A stretch of DNA of 64,000 nt from Raillietiella orientalis. Its lineage: Eukaryota. The position numbers and the translations under genes are program-made. Where the stretch lies: contig JAYWIR010000001.1 in the NCBI GenBank assembly GCA_036172245.1, positions 5,394,001-5,458,000 of the forward strand, read 5' to 3'. This document shows positions 39,701 through 53,499 of this stretch, piece after piece; the stretch's first letter is position 1, and the number at the start of each line of letters is the position of its first letter. A model generated the notes under the pieces. The model was not told the DNA's origin. It saw only the letters and a program-made list of their open reading frames with translations, and did no database searches.

Positions 39701-41076
39701 ACCGGGATGCCCTGCTGCTTCTCTTAGAAGAGGAGGAAACATACACAGGGCAGAGGTTTTCTCGGTGACGGACACATCAGTCGATCTATTTTTAGGGATC
39801 GGTAAAAGTATGACGGCGTTTCTCTACGCTTTTCCACGGCGAGGAAGACAGCTCCAGGCCATGCGACCTTTCTATTCTTCGCCCATTCCCTCCCTCTTTT
39901 CCCCGTGCCGTCTCCTCCCGCTAAATGATTGCGGACAATTCGAAGGCCCGCCTTCCTCACGAGCACGGAAGGAGGCGCGTACTCCGGCACGCGGCCCCCG
40001 CCCACGTTCCTCTTCGGGGTCCAAAGCGTCGAAACTGGCGACGCGTTGAAAGCAGCAGCAGCAGCAAACCAGCCGCCAGAAAAGTCCTCCTGGACTTCTG
40101 GAGTCCTGGTATTTATGTCTCATCACTTTTGCATTCGATATTGCAGCACTTGGCCGCTCGGCCCACCTTCCGTGTCGGCGGTGAGTCCCTCTTTCTTTGG
40201 AAGAAGTCACATTATGCAACAGATCTGCAGCTGCTCTGTCGTTGACGAAATTCCTCTTTCCTTCCTTCCTCCTCCTCTTTTCTTCCTCTTCTTCTCTTCC
40301 TGCTGCTACTGCTCCTCTCTCCTTCTCATCTAACTCTTCTCCTCCTCTCTTCTCTTCTCTTTTCCTCCTCCGCCTTTTCTTTTTTCCCCAGAAATGGCGT
40401 CAGAACCCTAAGGATGCTTGAGGGTGAGGCGAATCTACGTGCCCTGCGGGAACGTCACCACTCGTTCCGGAGGAAACTCAGGAGGTGATGAGGAAGGAAG
40501 AGGGAAAGGAATCGATCCGTTCTCTCCTCGCCCCCCTCATTCCACCCAGCCGTTCTCTTGCCCCTTGCAACTTCCTTGTGTTCCCTCCAGATGGACCGAC
40601 AGCGCGCCCCCGAGCGCACAGCTGGGGGAGAGACAGTCCTAGGAACCTGGCCAAAAGCAGTGTGACCCTCCGCATGGACATTGAGCGGCGGCCTTCGTCG
40701 TGAAGAGAAGAGAGGGGCTCTTTCCTAGCGAATTCGCTGCGGGAGGAGGAGGAGAAAGATCCTGGATCAAGGATCAGTGGGTCCCCATCCCTTATGTCAC
40801 ACGACCGTGCTGAAAAAAGCACCTTCGAGTTTGTTTGTTTGCTTTTTTAAGGGGAGGAGGAAGAGAGCGGGGCGAAGCAGGCAGAAGGTGAGCGAAGACC
40901 AAGAGGAACGCGACAATAGTCCCGAGGCGATCTTCGGACTGGCTGGACCCTCTTTTATGGGCTACAGCTCCTCTCCCTGAGGGACAGCAGCCGAGGCAGG
41001 GGGAGAGGGGGCGGGAAGAGAAGAGAAAGAGGACTCTGAGTGCGCTCTCCTGGCGGCGGAGCGAGAAAGCAACGGA
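36763..41076. repeat. 109-bp inverted dispersed repeat pair (36763-36871 and 40968-41076)
   Basis: TCCGTTGCTTTCTCGCTCC...CGGCTGCTGTCCCTCAGGGAGAGGAG and its reverse complement lie ~4.1 kb apart. The ORF track shows the shared peptide LRCFLAPP.G.RTQ.P.SLLFPPPL.LPRLLSLRER on opposite strands. Confidence 0.85.
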
Positions 41077-44000
41077 ATCCCCTTACTTGTGCGGGCCACT
41101 GGGGCCGGAAGCGGATTGGGAAGACGCGGCGGCGGCGGAGATCGATAAGAGAGACCCCGTGACCTGGAACGTGCCGGCGGCATCTTCCGTGGAAACCTTC
41201 AAGACGTGGAGAGACGATGGAGGAGACGGGGAGGCGTCTCGCGCGTGGGGAACCCCCGAACGGTTCTTCGCCCTGATAACCCCTGCTCCCCCGCTCCTGG
41301 GAGCCGATTCCAGTCGCGACACACCCTGCGGCAAGGCTCCGGGTCAGCGTCAAACCCTCGTCGTGCCCCTTGGTTTCCGCGCAGTAGAGCGAACCTCCCG
41401 GAGTCCTTTCGAGGGGATAGGGGAGAGGGAGGAGGGTAATCCCTCGCTTCCCTGGTGGCCCTCCGAGAAGGGGCGCTCCACCACTCCTGCAGGGAGGCAC
41501 GCTTCTTCCGACGGGCACGAGCCACGCAAAGGTTGAGTGCACCACGGTCGCCGAACTCTGCCGTCAGCTCCGCATACCCGAGCGGGGAAACCCTCCCGGA
41601 AATGCGGAGCAGGAAGGGAAGGTCGGCCGGGTAGACGGGAAGGGGAAAGGAAGCCGCAGTCCCCCTCGATCCCCGACTTGCTCGCCGTTCGCGAATTCCA
41701 GGTGAATCCGGTCGTCGCTCCCGCGCCAGCGCCTCCACCAGCGGATGGACCGCCGTCGTCCCGCAAGCAAGCGCCAGAAATGGCAGTCTCCCTTCAGGAC
41801 TCCTCCGTCCATTTCCACTCCCCCAGCTAACCGCTCGTCCAGAGAGGGCAGTGGTCCAGTGGTTCCGCTGGCAGGAGACAAATAAATCATCTCCTTCTCT
41901 TCTCCTCCCCCTCCCCTTTCCTCCTCCTCCTCTCTTCTCCTTCCACCAACCCACCGCCGACAGGGTGAGCGAAGGCGGAGAAGGTCGTTGCTGGCGGCGA
42001 CACGACGCGTACCGACCCGGAAGCTCTCGAGACGATCGCAGCGACCGACCGACCTCTGTGCCCTTCCTTTCTTCCTTCCTTCCCCCGCCGCGCGGCGGCG
42101 GCAGCAGGGAGTGAGGAAGCGCTCGTCCTCCTCCTCGCGGACCGCAGAGCAGAAGGGACCCCGCGGGCGCAGTTTCACCTCTTCCGGGAGCTCCGTTCAT
42201 GCGTCTTGTCGCAGTCCCCCTCCCATCCCCCATGCTTCCCTCCCACTGCTGGAGTTTCTCGAAAATTTTCCCTCTCCTCCTGGCTTTTGGCTGCGAAGCT
42301 CAAAGTTCTCCCTTCCCCCAACCGTTCCACCGTGCGCACGCTGCGTCGCCTGCTTCAAGGGAAGGCGGTGTGGCCTCCCTGACCACTGTCCCCCACTCCC
42401 TTTGCGAGAGCCTCCTACGGCGTTTCCACCAGCGTGATCCCTCTCTCCCTTTGTCTCCACACCCGCCATGCTACTCCCGTTTCGGCCTCGCGTGGGGACC
42501 ACGGATGCTGGAAGCGGAACCAAGTCGCGCGCGCTTCTCCGCCACCGCTTCCCGGAAGACGTCAGAGCTCAGTCGAAGCGCGTGGTGGAGGAGGAGGGGC
42601 GCTGTGGCTGTCAGTTACAAAGCGCCCCTCTAATTGGGAAACCGCAGCGTTGGCACGAAAGGCAGAGGCAGGCCTAATTTGGGTGTAGCGGAAGAGGACC
42701 GGTCCATTAGCATGTGGAAACTCTTAGGCACGTCCCTCGCACGCTTCCAGGAGTGCCTGCATGCTAATGGACAGGGCGGGAGCGGCGGCCCTTTGCTAGA
42801 GCTGGTCCTGCCGTCAGCGAGGCGCCCGCGGGGCTGCCGATCCCGGCGACGAATTTCGCGACGGGACGGTCCGCGCGGCGAGACGCTTCGTCGAGACGTG
42901 GTGCTCGAAAGTTCCGGCGGCGGCCGCAGAGGAGGGGAGGAGAGGGGGGAGGGAAGAGGAGCGGATCGACCCCTCCTCCTCCCGTCAACGCGTGGTGGGG
43001 GGGGGGGAGGAGGAGACCTCTTTCTCCTCTTTTCTCTCCAGGAGGGATCCATCTCCTGTATGTGTGTGTGTGTGTGCGCGCGCGCGCTCCAGCTGCCCCG
43101 AGCCAAGCAATTCAGCGCTGCCGTGACATCAAAAAAAAAAGAGCGGGTCCAGTAAGCTTCCCTCGGAGACGGAACCGCGCTCCGAGGACGGCAGCGTGCG
43201 TGTGACGCTTTTAAAGACTCCTCAAGAAGTGTAATGGATGGGGCTGCTTTTCTTTTTCTTTCTTTCTTTCCATCTTCTTCTTTTTTCTTTTTTTTTTTGT
43301 TTCCTCCCCCCCCCGCCCAGGACCCGATAATGCGTTTGTAATGGATGGCGCTAATCACGAAGCTTGGCAACGCTAAGTGCTCCGGAGTTCCGCGCTGACT
43401 CCTCCTCCTCCTCCGATGCGGGCGTGTCACCCTTCCGCGGCGCGCGCTCCCACGGCGACACGCAGATCCCGTGTGTTCACCCCCTCCCTCCTTCCTCCTC
43501 CTCTTGCCGGACTCCTTCTCCTTCCTCGAGAGAGGTATGAGGGAGACCTCGAAGGGAGCCTCGCAGCCTCCTCCTTACAGGATGCGTTTTCTCTCCCTCC
43601 CTGCCTGCAGCGGTCGAGGGCACTGCAGAGCTGCCCCCTACCACGAAGGGCGGTAGTGATGGTTGAAAACTGGCAACCGCGTAGAGGCCCCCGAATTCCC
43701 GTCCCCCTCCTCGTTTGATCCGCATGGACTTTGCTCTTTTTCGTCGGCTGCCCGCAAGGGTGGCCCGCTGCCCCCGGTGCTCGTGCGCTCTCTCCTGCTT
43801 CGGCGAGGAAAGGCAGTTCCCAGAGACCTCCTGCATACTCCCATGCACTCCGGGGGAAAGGGAGGAAGCGTCATCTTTACGGAGAGATTTAGAAGCCGAA
43901 TGCTGGGACCATCACTTCCCGTGCCCTAAGAGGCACAGATGCTCTCCACGGACTGTAAATGCCCAGCCTGTCACCGCGACAGCCGGCGGCTTCCCGGAGA

Positions 44001-47000
44001 CCAAGGAAGCCAAGGGCTCTCTGCGCCAGTGGAGCCTCCGCTCTTGGCGGCTCTCACGCACCTCCGGGCACCCCAGTCGCTGACGGCCGCCCGCGCCCAC
44101 GCGGTGCCAATGGGCCGATGGGGGTACAAGGGGGGGGTTTCTGTGCATCTCCGGCCGAGCAGCAGCAGCAGCGCTGCTTCCAGCTCTACCTGGAGACGAC
44201 GACGACCCCTCCTCCAGGGAGCTCGCCGGCACCAGCAGCGCTGGGGACCTTTTGGGAGACCACATGGACGGTGGTGGCGCCCCTCGCGGAGGGGAAAGCC
44301 GACGGATCCGGCGACGTCGTCAGGGAGACGGCCTAGGCGAAGGCGCAACCGGGGACACGGCCGCTCACGCGAGGGGGGCAATCGACTCCTTGAGCACGGT
44401 CTAGAGCATGGGTTCACCCACCCCCCTTTCTCCACGGAGTTTTACTCTCGGACCAAGGAAAGGCCCTGTGTTCCTCGTGAGGCGGCCGGAGTCGCGTTTC
44501 CCCTTCCGGGACCGCCGCAGATGTGCTCGCACGGCGCAGTCTGATTGCCCACCACCACCACGGGCAACGCCTCACGAGGAACACGAGCGTAGGGAGGCCG
44601 CATGGTTTTCTCAACTACCTCTGCAACAGCCACGCCGAGAGAGGGGCGGGAAGGAGGTAGCCCCCGGCCGCGGTGCTCCGTGGAGGCCGTCGCCCATCCC
44701 CGTGGAGGCCATTCAATCCCCCGCGCACGGGTTGCCACGGCAGCGACCTCCTCCACCCACTCGAGGCCGCCCTCGGCAGCTCCGGGGGGGGAGTTTTCCG
44801 CCCCCGGCGACGCCCCCCGAGCAGCAGCAGCGACTTGGGTCACGTGGCGGTGAAACGGCGGCGGCATGGGAGGGTGGCCACCCACGGGGAAGAGAGTGGC
44901 CGAGCCTCTCCCTCTTCCTCAAATCGACGGAGGTGCCTCCCGGAAGGGTGGAAATGACCCAGCGGTCACCCTCCCTCGTCCCCGCTCCCCCTCTTCCTGA
45001 AGAGGACAAGCAAACGACCGCCTCCGCTGCTCCTCGTGCCCCATATTTTCGCTCTCCCCTCATCACCGACCCACCCTTTGATCTCCCTCGAGCGTGCTCA
45101 CGCCTCACGTGAGCGCGCTTTTCCCAGCCGTCGGCCTTCGCGTTGGCGCCCCCTGGGAGCGCTGAGGTCTACCGGCTCGGACTGACCTGAGCGTACCGGT
45201 GTGACGCCGTTCCTCCGGGACTCCGAGAGAGCGGGGAAGGAGGACCCTGCAGCCTCAGGATGGGAGGTGGGGGAGCGCCTGCATCCATCGGGGCTGCCGC
45301 TGTCGCTCAGGATCGCGGAGCTCCTCCGAGAACGCGACCGAACGACAGATGGGGGAGGGGGCATCTCTAGTTGTTAAGCGACGGGAGGGGGGGGTGCACA
45401 TCAGGAGGGAGGGAAGCGGCGCTCTGCAGCGCATGCTGGGGAGGGCCCGCGCGCAGCCCCTCGGCTCGGCCGTTTGTCCGCTTTGGCGAGGGGGAGAAGG
45501 GGTCAGAGTGCCCGCGACACGAGCCTTCCGGAACCTCGCCTCGAGCTCGACGAGGAAGGGGAGAGAGCGGGAGGAAGGCAGGGTTTGACAAGACGCGTGA
45601 GCGGGGAGGTCTCTCCCCATCCCGTAAGCTCAGTGCCGCTCCTCCTCGGGTGACCCATTTCCCAGCTCAGAGCTGCGAATGTGACGTGGATCTCGTGGCC
45701 CACCTTGGCCGATCCTGGCTCTCCCGGATGGAGTGCGCCAGCGCATCCCGTCTCTGGCGAAGGCCCGTCCCGTGAGCTCAACTCCTTTTCGTCGTGATCT
45801 TGCAGGGAGGGAACCTTCAAGAGGGGAGAAGATGGCGGACAGCACCCGGGCATGGGCTGAAGAAACCAGGGATGCAGGGGCGTCTCCTGGAAACCGTTTT
45901 CCGGACGACAGGGAGCCGTGAACCGGCGCCACCTTGACAGCTTCTGCGCTTGAGCGCTGGAAGGTCCAGGAAATGGGGGAGGAGGGGGGGCAGTGGGATG
46001 CTCGCGGCCAGCTCCCGGCTCGTCTCCCTCCTCGGTATCCGCAGAGGAAAGTTCCCGGGAGAGTGTCAGCTGCTCCCGGGAACGCTCCCCCTCAGGCTGC
46101 TCCCGGGCGAACGGCTTTCGGCCTTCCCTTGCCGGGGAGAGCCAGCGGCCAGCGTCTCAGCGTCCTTCGGCAGGGGGGGGAACGCCCCAGGCATCCACTT
46201 GATCGCACTCGATTGCAAGGGACCCTTGTCGCGGTAGGCGGGTGGGGTGGGGGTGGGGGGCAGGGAAGGGTGCGCGCGCGAACCCACGAGGGGCACTCCG
46301 CGGCGGCGGGCTTAAAGCAGGAACTGCGAGCAGGTCAGGACGTCGCCAGGCAACGCACACGCAAACGCAAAAAAAAAAGGCGAAAATTTCTTCGCCAGCT
46401 GCAACGGTCCTCCTCCTGCACCCCGCTCGCGGTAATCGCGCTAATGGGTACGGTCTCGTCGTCCCCGTCGACCTGTCGGCCACCCTCCACGGGCTGAACC
46501 GCGGGATGCGCACCACCGGGGGAGAGCGGACAGGAGGAAACGGTGCAGCGACGGGGGTCGGCCACGCCTCCCGATTTCTCCTTTGAAGGCAAGACGATGC
46601 CCTCCTTCTCTCCTTCCCTCCCTCCCCTCCTCCCGCTCCCCTTTCCCACCCCTCTTCTGTCCCGCTCCGTCCTGCTCCGATCGCCGAGATCCGCAAGGTG
46701 CAGGAGGACACCAGATCAATCATGGACGAGCGATTCCGGGAGAGGGGGTTTCCGGGAGGGCGGAAGAGACCTTTAAAGCAATTTTTTAGCTCCCCATTAG
46801 CGGCGGGGTTGCCTGCCGGGTCCATCCGCCGGGTGCAGCATCCTTATCTCCAGCCGGCGGAGGGGCAGATCCGGCGGAGCAAGCAAATTCGATTTGGCAA
46901 CTCTGCCCGCGAGCCAACCCGGCTGCAAATAGAATTACCTGGTGGGGAGGGGACCCCCGGCTGCGCACGCGCGCGCGCTCTCCTCCGCCGCCGCCTCGGC

Positions 47001-50000
47001 AGTCGGCGGGCGGCCGCTGTGCCGCGAAGTCATGTCGTCGCCACCTCCTCTGCGCCCAGGGCAAGGGGAAGGGGAAGCAGCCGAGGAGAAGGAGCAGCGC
47101 GCGCACGTTCCTTCCCCTCTTCCTCCTCCTCTCCGCTGGAGGCGCGGGCTCCGGCCCTTGCCTCCGCCCTGTCCACGAACGCCCGCCAGAGACGTCTCGA
47201 CGAGCCTCTCTCCGTCGAGACGCGATGTTCGCGCTCGCGCGCTTCCTCTCTCGGTCCGCGCGTCAAAAGTGCAGTTCCGGGAAGTCCGCCTCGAGGCTGC
47301 GGACGTTTCGCCGCCTCCGCGACCCCCGTCCGGACCTCGGCACGCGGGAAGGTGGCGGGAAAGAGAGGATCCGCGCGCGCTCGTCACCCCCATCCCCCCA
47401 GGGTGCCGAACCGACCTCAGTCGTGCGCTCACGTCCCCGGTGCGACCCTGCCAAGATCTCCCGGTGACGCGGCTGCTCCTTCCGAGGGCGTTCCCGTGCA
47501 GGTGAGGCTGAGAGCCGGCCCTCGCCTTTCTCTGGCCCCCTACGGCGCCGCAGCCCAACATCCAAACGGCGTCGCCCGCCGTCCGACGACCGACGGCACG
47601 GGCAGCCGGCGCATGACCGACCGATTCCACGCCATCCTCTCCATCAGGGTAGTCCGCCCCTGGGTGCCGCGGAGGCATCTCAGCCCCCAGGGAATTAACC
47701 CCTGCTCGGGTCCGGCGGCAAGCCCTGCCCACCCTGCCGTTCCGGAAGAGCCCGTGCTTGCCGCTGCCGGCGGTTTTCCCGTTCGCGTTCCAAAGGAGAT
47801 GCTGGAAGATGAGCGCCTCATTCCGCAGCCTCATTCCGACGAAACGAATCCCCGGGAGCCGCGTGTTCTCTTTCTCTCTCTCTTCTTGCTCTTCCCATTG
47901 TTCTCTTTGCATCTTCTTATTTCTTTTCTTTTCTTTTTTTTTTTTTTCTGCTGGAAGACTCCTCAGAGTCTGTGTTTGTTTCTGGGGCTTCTGTTTCGCG
48001 CCCAGCAGGTCACCGGCGTCTTGCGTATGCGTCTTGTGATTACCCGGGGCTGCGGAAGCTCAGCGCGAACGCCCGCCAGATCTTCGGCAGCAGCAGCTCC
48101 GGCGGGCAAACGTGCCGACGAGAGGGGAAAGAGTGGGCGGGGAGGAACACGCACGAAGAGGGCGCAGGGACGAGCAGCAGGAAACTATTGCAGCAGTCAA
48201 CAGGGCGTGGAGCACTCGAGCAAAATGTTCGTCCGGGTCTTCGGCACCGTTTGCGGCTCCCCGATAGGGCAGTCGGAAGCGGCAGCGATCCAGGAGGAAG
48301 TTGGAGCGGAGGTCAGGGAGAGGGACTCTGGAGAGCGCCTTCTCCGAGCCGGCGACGGCTGCTCCCCGAATTCCGGGAAGGACAGCGCGCACATCCACCG
48401 TCCTGCTCCTTCTTCCGCTTCCCGGAGCGGTCCCCATTCGCACTTGGTCCGCAACTGCCGCTCGCCCTATCCCCCGCGATTGGCTCTGCTTTTCAGAAAA
48501 AGCACGAGCGAAGAGAGGTTTAGGGGAGGAAGGGATTTGAGGAAATGGTTTCGTCGCACCCCTGCGCTTTCCGGGAGTCGCGAGGGGTCGCTCCTTTTTC
48601 CGGAACGCTCGCCGTACACATGACACGGGGGGAACTTGGCAGAGTTATGAAGATGCAGCTACATCTCGCGGAGAGAGCGAGAATCAAAAAGGCGCAGATG
48701 GCAGCACCCTCCACTGCTGCCGCACTGAGAAACGCCACAGCTCCTCGCTTGCTGCTGTTTCGGACCCTCCATCGGGTGCTTGCGGGATTTTCAGCGCTCC
48801 CTCTCCCCTCCCTCATTCCCAAGAGAGCAAGCACGTCCCGCCATCTGCCAGTCCCCACGGGACGCGCTCGACGGTGCAGTGAGCGGCGCTCATCACCTGC
48901 CGGCGGCGGCCAAGCGGTCAGTTGCATAACGACCTCGCAATAATCGCCCAAACGACCGTCTCCCGGGGCTTCCCGCTCGCATGAGCGCTCCACGTGCGAG
49001 CGGCGGTCCGGCAGGAGGTCCGCCGCCGTCGCCACCACCTCCCGTCCCGCCGGCAGACCGAGAGGCCACCATTGTAAGGAGCAGCAGCGCCGCTCGGTGG
49101 CGCTAGCCGCCGTTTCAACGCTCTGCCGCGGGGCGAAGAGCGTTCGGGGAACGCTTGCGCCTTTTGACGCAGCAGCGGGTGGCTCTCAGCAGGCCGCAGA
49201 GGGCGGGTAGACGAGCCCTCTCCTTCCCGCTATGCCCCGCCCGCCCTGCCCTGCCTGCCCCGCCCTCTCCGCTCCCTGGGAGAGCTCGTGTCCAGAGCTC
49301 TCCCGCGTTCCGTGTGGGGCAGCAGAGGTCCAAGAAGGAGGACAGGAGCGATACCCCAGCCCTGGAACCACGTAGCGCCCCCCGAGGATAGGACACTCCC
49401 GTGCCTCCTCCCCTGGCGCGGCTGGTGAACCCTGACGGGAGGCGGAGGAGGAGAGCCACCGGTGGCAGGCAGGCAGCGGCCATGGCGAGCGGCGCGGGTC
49501 GGACGTCCACGGAACGGGAGACGGCAGGCGCAGCAGTGGGGTGCGCGCGCTGTCTGGGCACGCCCGTCGGGATGGGGAAAGGACGTTCAATATCCTCCTT
49601 TTCTTCCTTCTGTCCCCCCTCCCTCCCCCCCTTCCCTTGATGTCCCAAATTCTCCTCCTGCGGTCTCGTTCCTTTCGAGCTGCCTCTTGGGATGGATACA
49701 GGCATCTCAGGAGACAACTCGAAGGGGTATCCTGGGACTCCTTGCCGCACTACCGCGCCGCATGTGCCGTCGGCGACCATCCCAGGACGCCGCGAGCTTG
49801 GACGCCCTCCGCTCTCGAAAGAAAGTGGAAGTTCCAACGGCGATGGAGCTGTAGCGGCAGCTATATCCGGAGGCTCCTCCTTTTCTTGAGCTCCCGTTTC
49901 GAACTGCCCCCAGGGCGGCCTTGGGCTTCTGGGTCCACTTTCTCTGGCACGCGTTCCTCGCCCTGAGGGTAATCGGCAGTGAAAAACTGGGATCACGAGG

Positions 50001-53000
50001 AGGAGGAATAGGAAAGGCAGGCGTTCTTTCGTAGCTTTCGCATGAGGACCCTTTCTTGAGCGCCACGGATGTGAAAGGGCCTTCCATCCCTACTTCCCCC
50101 TCCCTCCTACAGAGGAAAGGAGAGAGGAAAGGAGGCTCACTGGTGGCTGTCCACCCTGGGAGATCGCGTCTGGTGCCGCCACTCTCCTCTTCCTAGCGGC
50201 CTTCTAGCCTGAGCGACAGGGTTCCTGCTTGGGGAATCCCCCCAAGCAAGGACTCCCTCCCGCTCGTGCCCTCTGCCTCGAGGTCGCCTCCCGCCGGGAG
50301 GACAGCTTCCTCCAACGGTCGGTCTCTTTACCTTCAAGCAACGCCCCTTCCCACGCTGCCGCCGTGTTCTCGCGTAGGCGGACGACCTCGAGCAGGGCGA
50401 CAGGACTTTCCTCCCCCGCGGAGCTCCAGGTCCGACCGCAGATGCCCCCAACCGGCTCACGCTTTGCTCACGCGGCCTCTTCGCTCAAGTTGACCGGGGG
50501 CTCGTCGCGTTTCCGGGCAACGAGGCTGGAACTCCGCAAACGGTGTTCGAGGATGCGAGTCCCGTGGAGCACCTGCTTCCTGTTCGGTCCGCGCGGCCTC
50601 CTGTGGGAGAGGGGGAGGAGGAAAAGGCACGGATGCCCCCCGGACGCAAGAAGTGGACGGAGGTCAGTCGGCGCTTCCAGAAGCGGCCGTCCTCTAGTGC
50701 CCCGAGAGCTCGCACTTGTCCTCGGTGACCTGCTGTCTACAAGCCCCGTAGGTCATCCCTCCGCCTGATCTGGGCATACAGGGCTCGCGTTACGCCACGT
50801 ACTGTACAGTACGTGCGGTTTGCAAGCCCCGCACGGCTCCTCCTTTTTTCCGAGCGTGTACAGACGCGAGTCGGCCCTCAGATTGAAGTTCTGGTCACTC
50901 CAAGGGGCTCCCCGGTAACAAAAGGAAAAAAACGAAAACACGGTGTGTACGTGTTGCGTTGTGCTTGCTCCCGCGCGCAGGGGAAAGGCCGCCGCCTCCC
51001 GGCGGGGCGAGGACCTCGAGACCACCCTTAACGTGCGCCCGCGGGCTGCAGGCGAAACAGCCGTGGGCGGCGACGGCAGCGAAGCGAGCGAGGAACAGAG
51101 GCCCGGGCCGGGCAAGATGTTTTCCAAAGGGAGGAGAAGGAAGGGTGAGGTGGGGAGGAAGGAAGCGCTCTCCCGCCCACCCGGTGGAGATTGCGCAATC
51201 GTTGCGGACCGCTGAGGGGAGGGGGGGACGTAATCGTCTTCGATCGGCTCCCCAGCCGCTCGAACGGCTCCCTGATGAACGAAATTGATAAGGCGCAGTC
51301 ATGGTTACCCTCCTTTTGTTTTCGTTACCACGGCGGCGGCGAGTGGACGAGTCTGCGCACGACGACGCCTCTCTCAACCGAGCCGGACTCTTCCCGGCCG
51401 CAGCCGCCAGGAAAGATGACGCGTGGATTCCCTTTTGCCCCTTCGACCCTCGTGTGCGCAAGGGGCTGAGGGAGGGCGGAAGGGGTTTCCGCCCACCACC
51501 CCGCAGATGCCGAGGAGCGACGTTGCCGCGGTCTCACGCGGGAGGAGAGCAGCCAGCTCCCCCCGGATCCGGTGGCACTGGCACGGCGGGAACCCTTCGC
51601 TGGAAGGGCGGCGCCCGGGGATCGATCGGTCGACAGCACAAAATGGGAAGCTCCGCCGCCACGAAGGGGAGGAAGGAAGAAGGAAGAAGGGAGCGCGGCG
51701 CCCCCTCGAGCTCCGAGAAGAGGTCCGCCGGCGGCTGCTCTCCCAAGCACTCTCGTGGTACCAGCGCTTTTCCGGGAAGCGACGACTGGTTGCCGCAATC
51801 CTCGGCGAGTCTCTTCTTGGACGCGCTCGCGCTTCCGCGAAGAGACCCTAGGGAGTGGCGATCGCGACCGACCGCATATCGGGACGCTCGGTCGGAGGGT
51901 GGTGGCAGCAGCAGCAGCAGCAGCTCCCTCGCGCCCCCTTCACCCCTTCCTCCCTGCGAGACAGGTTGCGAGGAGGGATAGGAGGAGGAAGAAAACCGCA
52001 CTCACCCATCCCTGGAGGAGCAAGTCGCGCGGAGAGGCCTTCCGGCTTGCGCGCACCACGCGCGGAGGCGGTCGCCGGAGAACTCCATTCGCTCTGAGCC
52101 TCTCCGCACGCCGCTGGCTCCACAAATGGCTTCCGCGCTCATTCTCGTGCAGCCGTCTATTTCGTTCCCTCGTCCTCTCTTTGAGCGACGGCTGCGAGCG
52201 AGAAGGAAACGGAAAACAGCGAGGAGCAGGGAGGAGGAAGGAGTGACGCGCAGACCGGTGGAGGAAAAGGAAGTTTCGCGCGACCGCGGTTTCCACCACC
52301 TTCGCCCCGAGCCGGGGAGGCTGCGATCCTGAACAGGAGAGATGGCAGCCGGAGGCGCAGAGCTCACGGGGTTGCAAGGATGCACACGAGGGAGAGGGGC
52401 GGTCGGGCAACGGAATGACGATGCTGGGCAACGTGGACCAAGAGACGGGGGCGGCTGGCAAGCAAGAACGGAGCACACCAAGGTCGGCACCTCGAGCGAC
52501 GGCGGCAGCCCCTCGGTCCATTCCGTGCAAGGAGACGGAGGGGCCAGCCCTCCTTCTTCCCCTTCCTCTCCGGAAGAAGGGGGAGGAGGAAGCGAAGGGA
52601 ACCGAGAAGCATCTTCAGAACCAGGAAGATTACGGGAGGATCTGGCGGCAAGATCGACGGGAGCGATTGGAATAAGGGTCAAACCGTGACCTCTCCCTCC
52701 CAGAAGGCGGTCAGCGGGGGAGGAAGGCAGGAGCGGTGGCAGGGCGACTCCCTGCGATCCCGTTTCTACCCGCTCTCTTTGCCACAGGGAGATCCAACCA
52801 GCCGACCCCTCAGGGGAGAAGGAGGAGGAGGAGGGAACCCCTAAGTCTTGTCCGTTCGTCGCCTCGATACTCGACACGGTCATTCTCGTCGAACTGAGTT
52901 CGGCCGCTGCTCTTCCGGTAGCGCGAGCGGGCACGGGAGAAACTTTCGAAAAAAGAAAAATTTCATTTCCCTCTGGAAGATGCATCTCCGAGATTACGTC

Positions 53001-53499
53001 TGCAGGCGGGATGCAAATGAAGAAGAGGAAGAAACTGCCGAAGCGGACTCATCCTGCCTTAATCGGTCGCACCCATTCGTCATTTCAGGGCAAAAGAACG
53101 ATCGACAGCGCATCCCTGCACTTCCTCCGGGAACACGAGCGTGTGGCAGCAAGCAGCGCATCGCCAGCGCGGCTGGTGGTTACCGGACTGCCTCCTCCAC
53201 CTCCCACCTCGAAAGCCGTTCTTCTACGAGCGGCGAAAGGCGAACGATGGCTCCTGCAGCCTCATCAAGCGGCCGGGCGCGTGCAGTGACGGCCTTCCGC
53301 TGCGAGCTGAGGAGCCTCGATTCCTGCCCGGTCCCGTAGCCAAGCTGATGATCCCCGGGAGTCCCGAAAGATAACGTCCGCCGCCTCGAAAGGACTCCCT
53401 GCTTCTGTTCCTCGAATGTGAGGAGATTCCGGCTCAAGAGTGGCAGCAACCGCCCCGCCGCTCTTGCGTCGGGAAATGCCACAAAAACAAAAACACCAA

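Noticed and set aside
46698-48623. 641-aa ORF and other long ORFs in the GC-rich domain (e.g. 2742-4166, 34941-36320, 34318-35505, 10726-11883)
   Set aside because: They are R/P/G/S/A-rich, cross homopolymers and microsatellites, overlap ORFs in all frames and show no domain motifs. This is expected from stop scarcity in GC-rich DNA.
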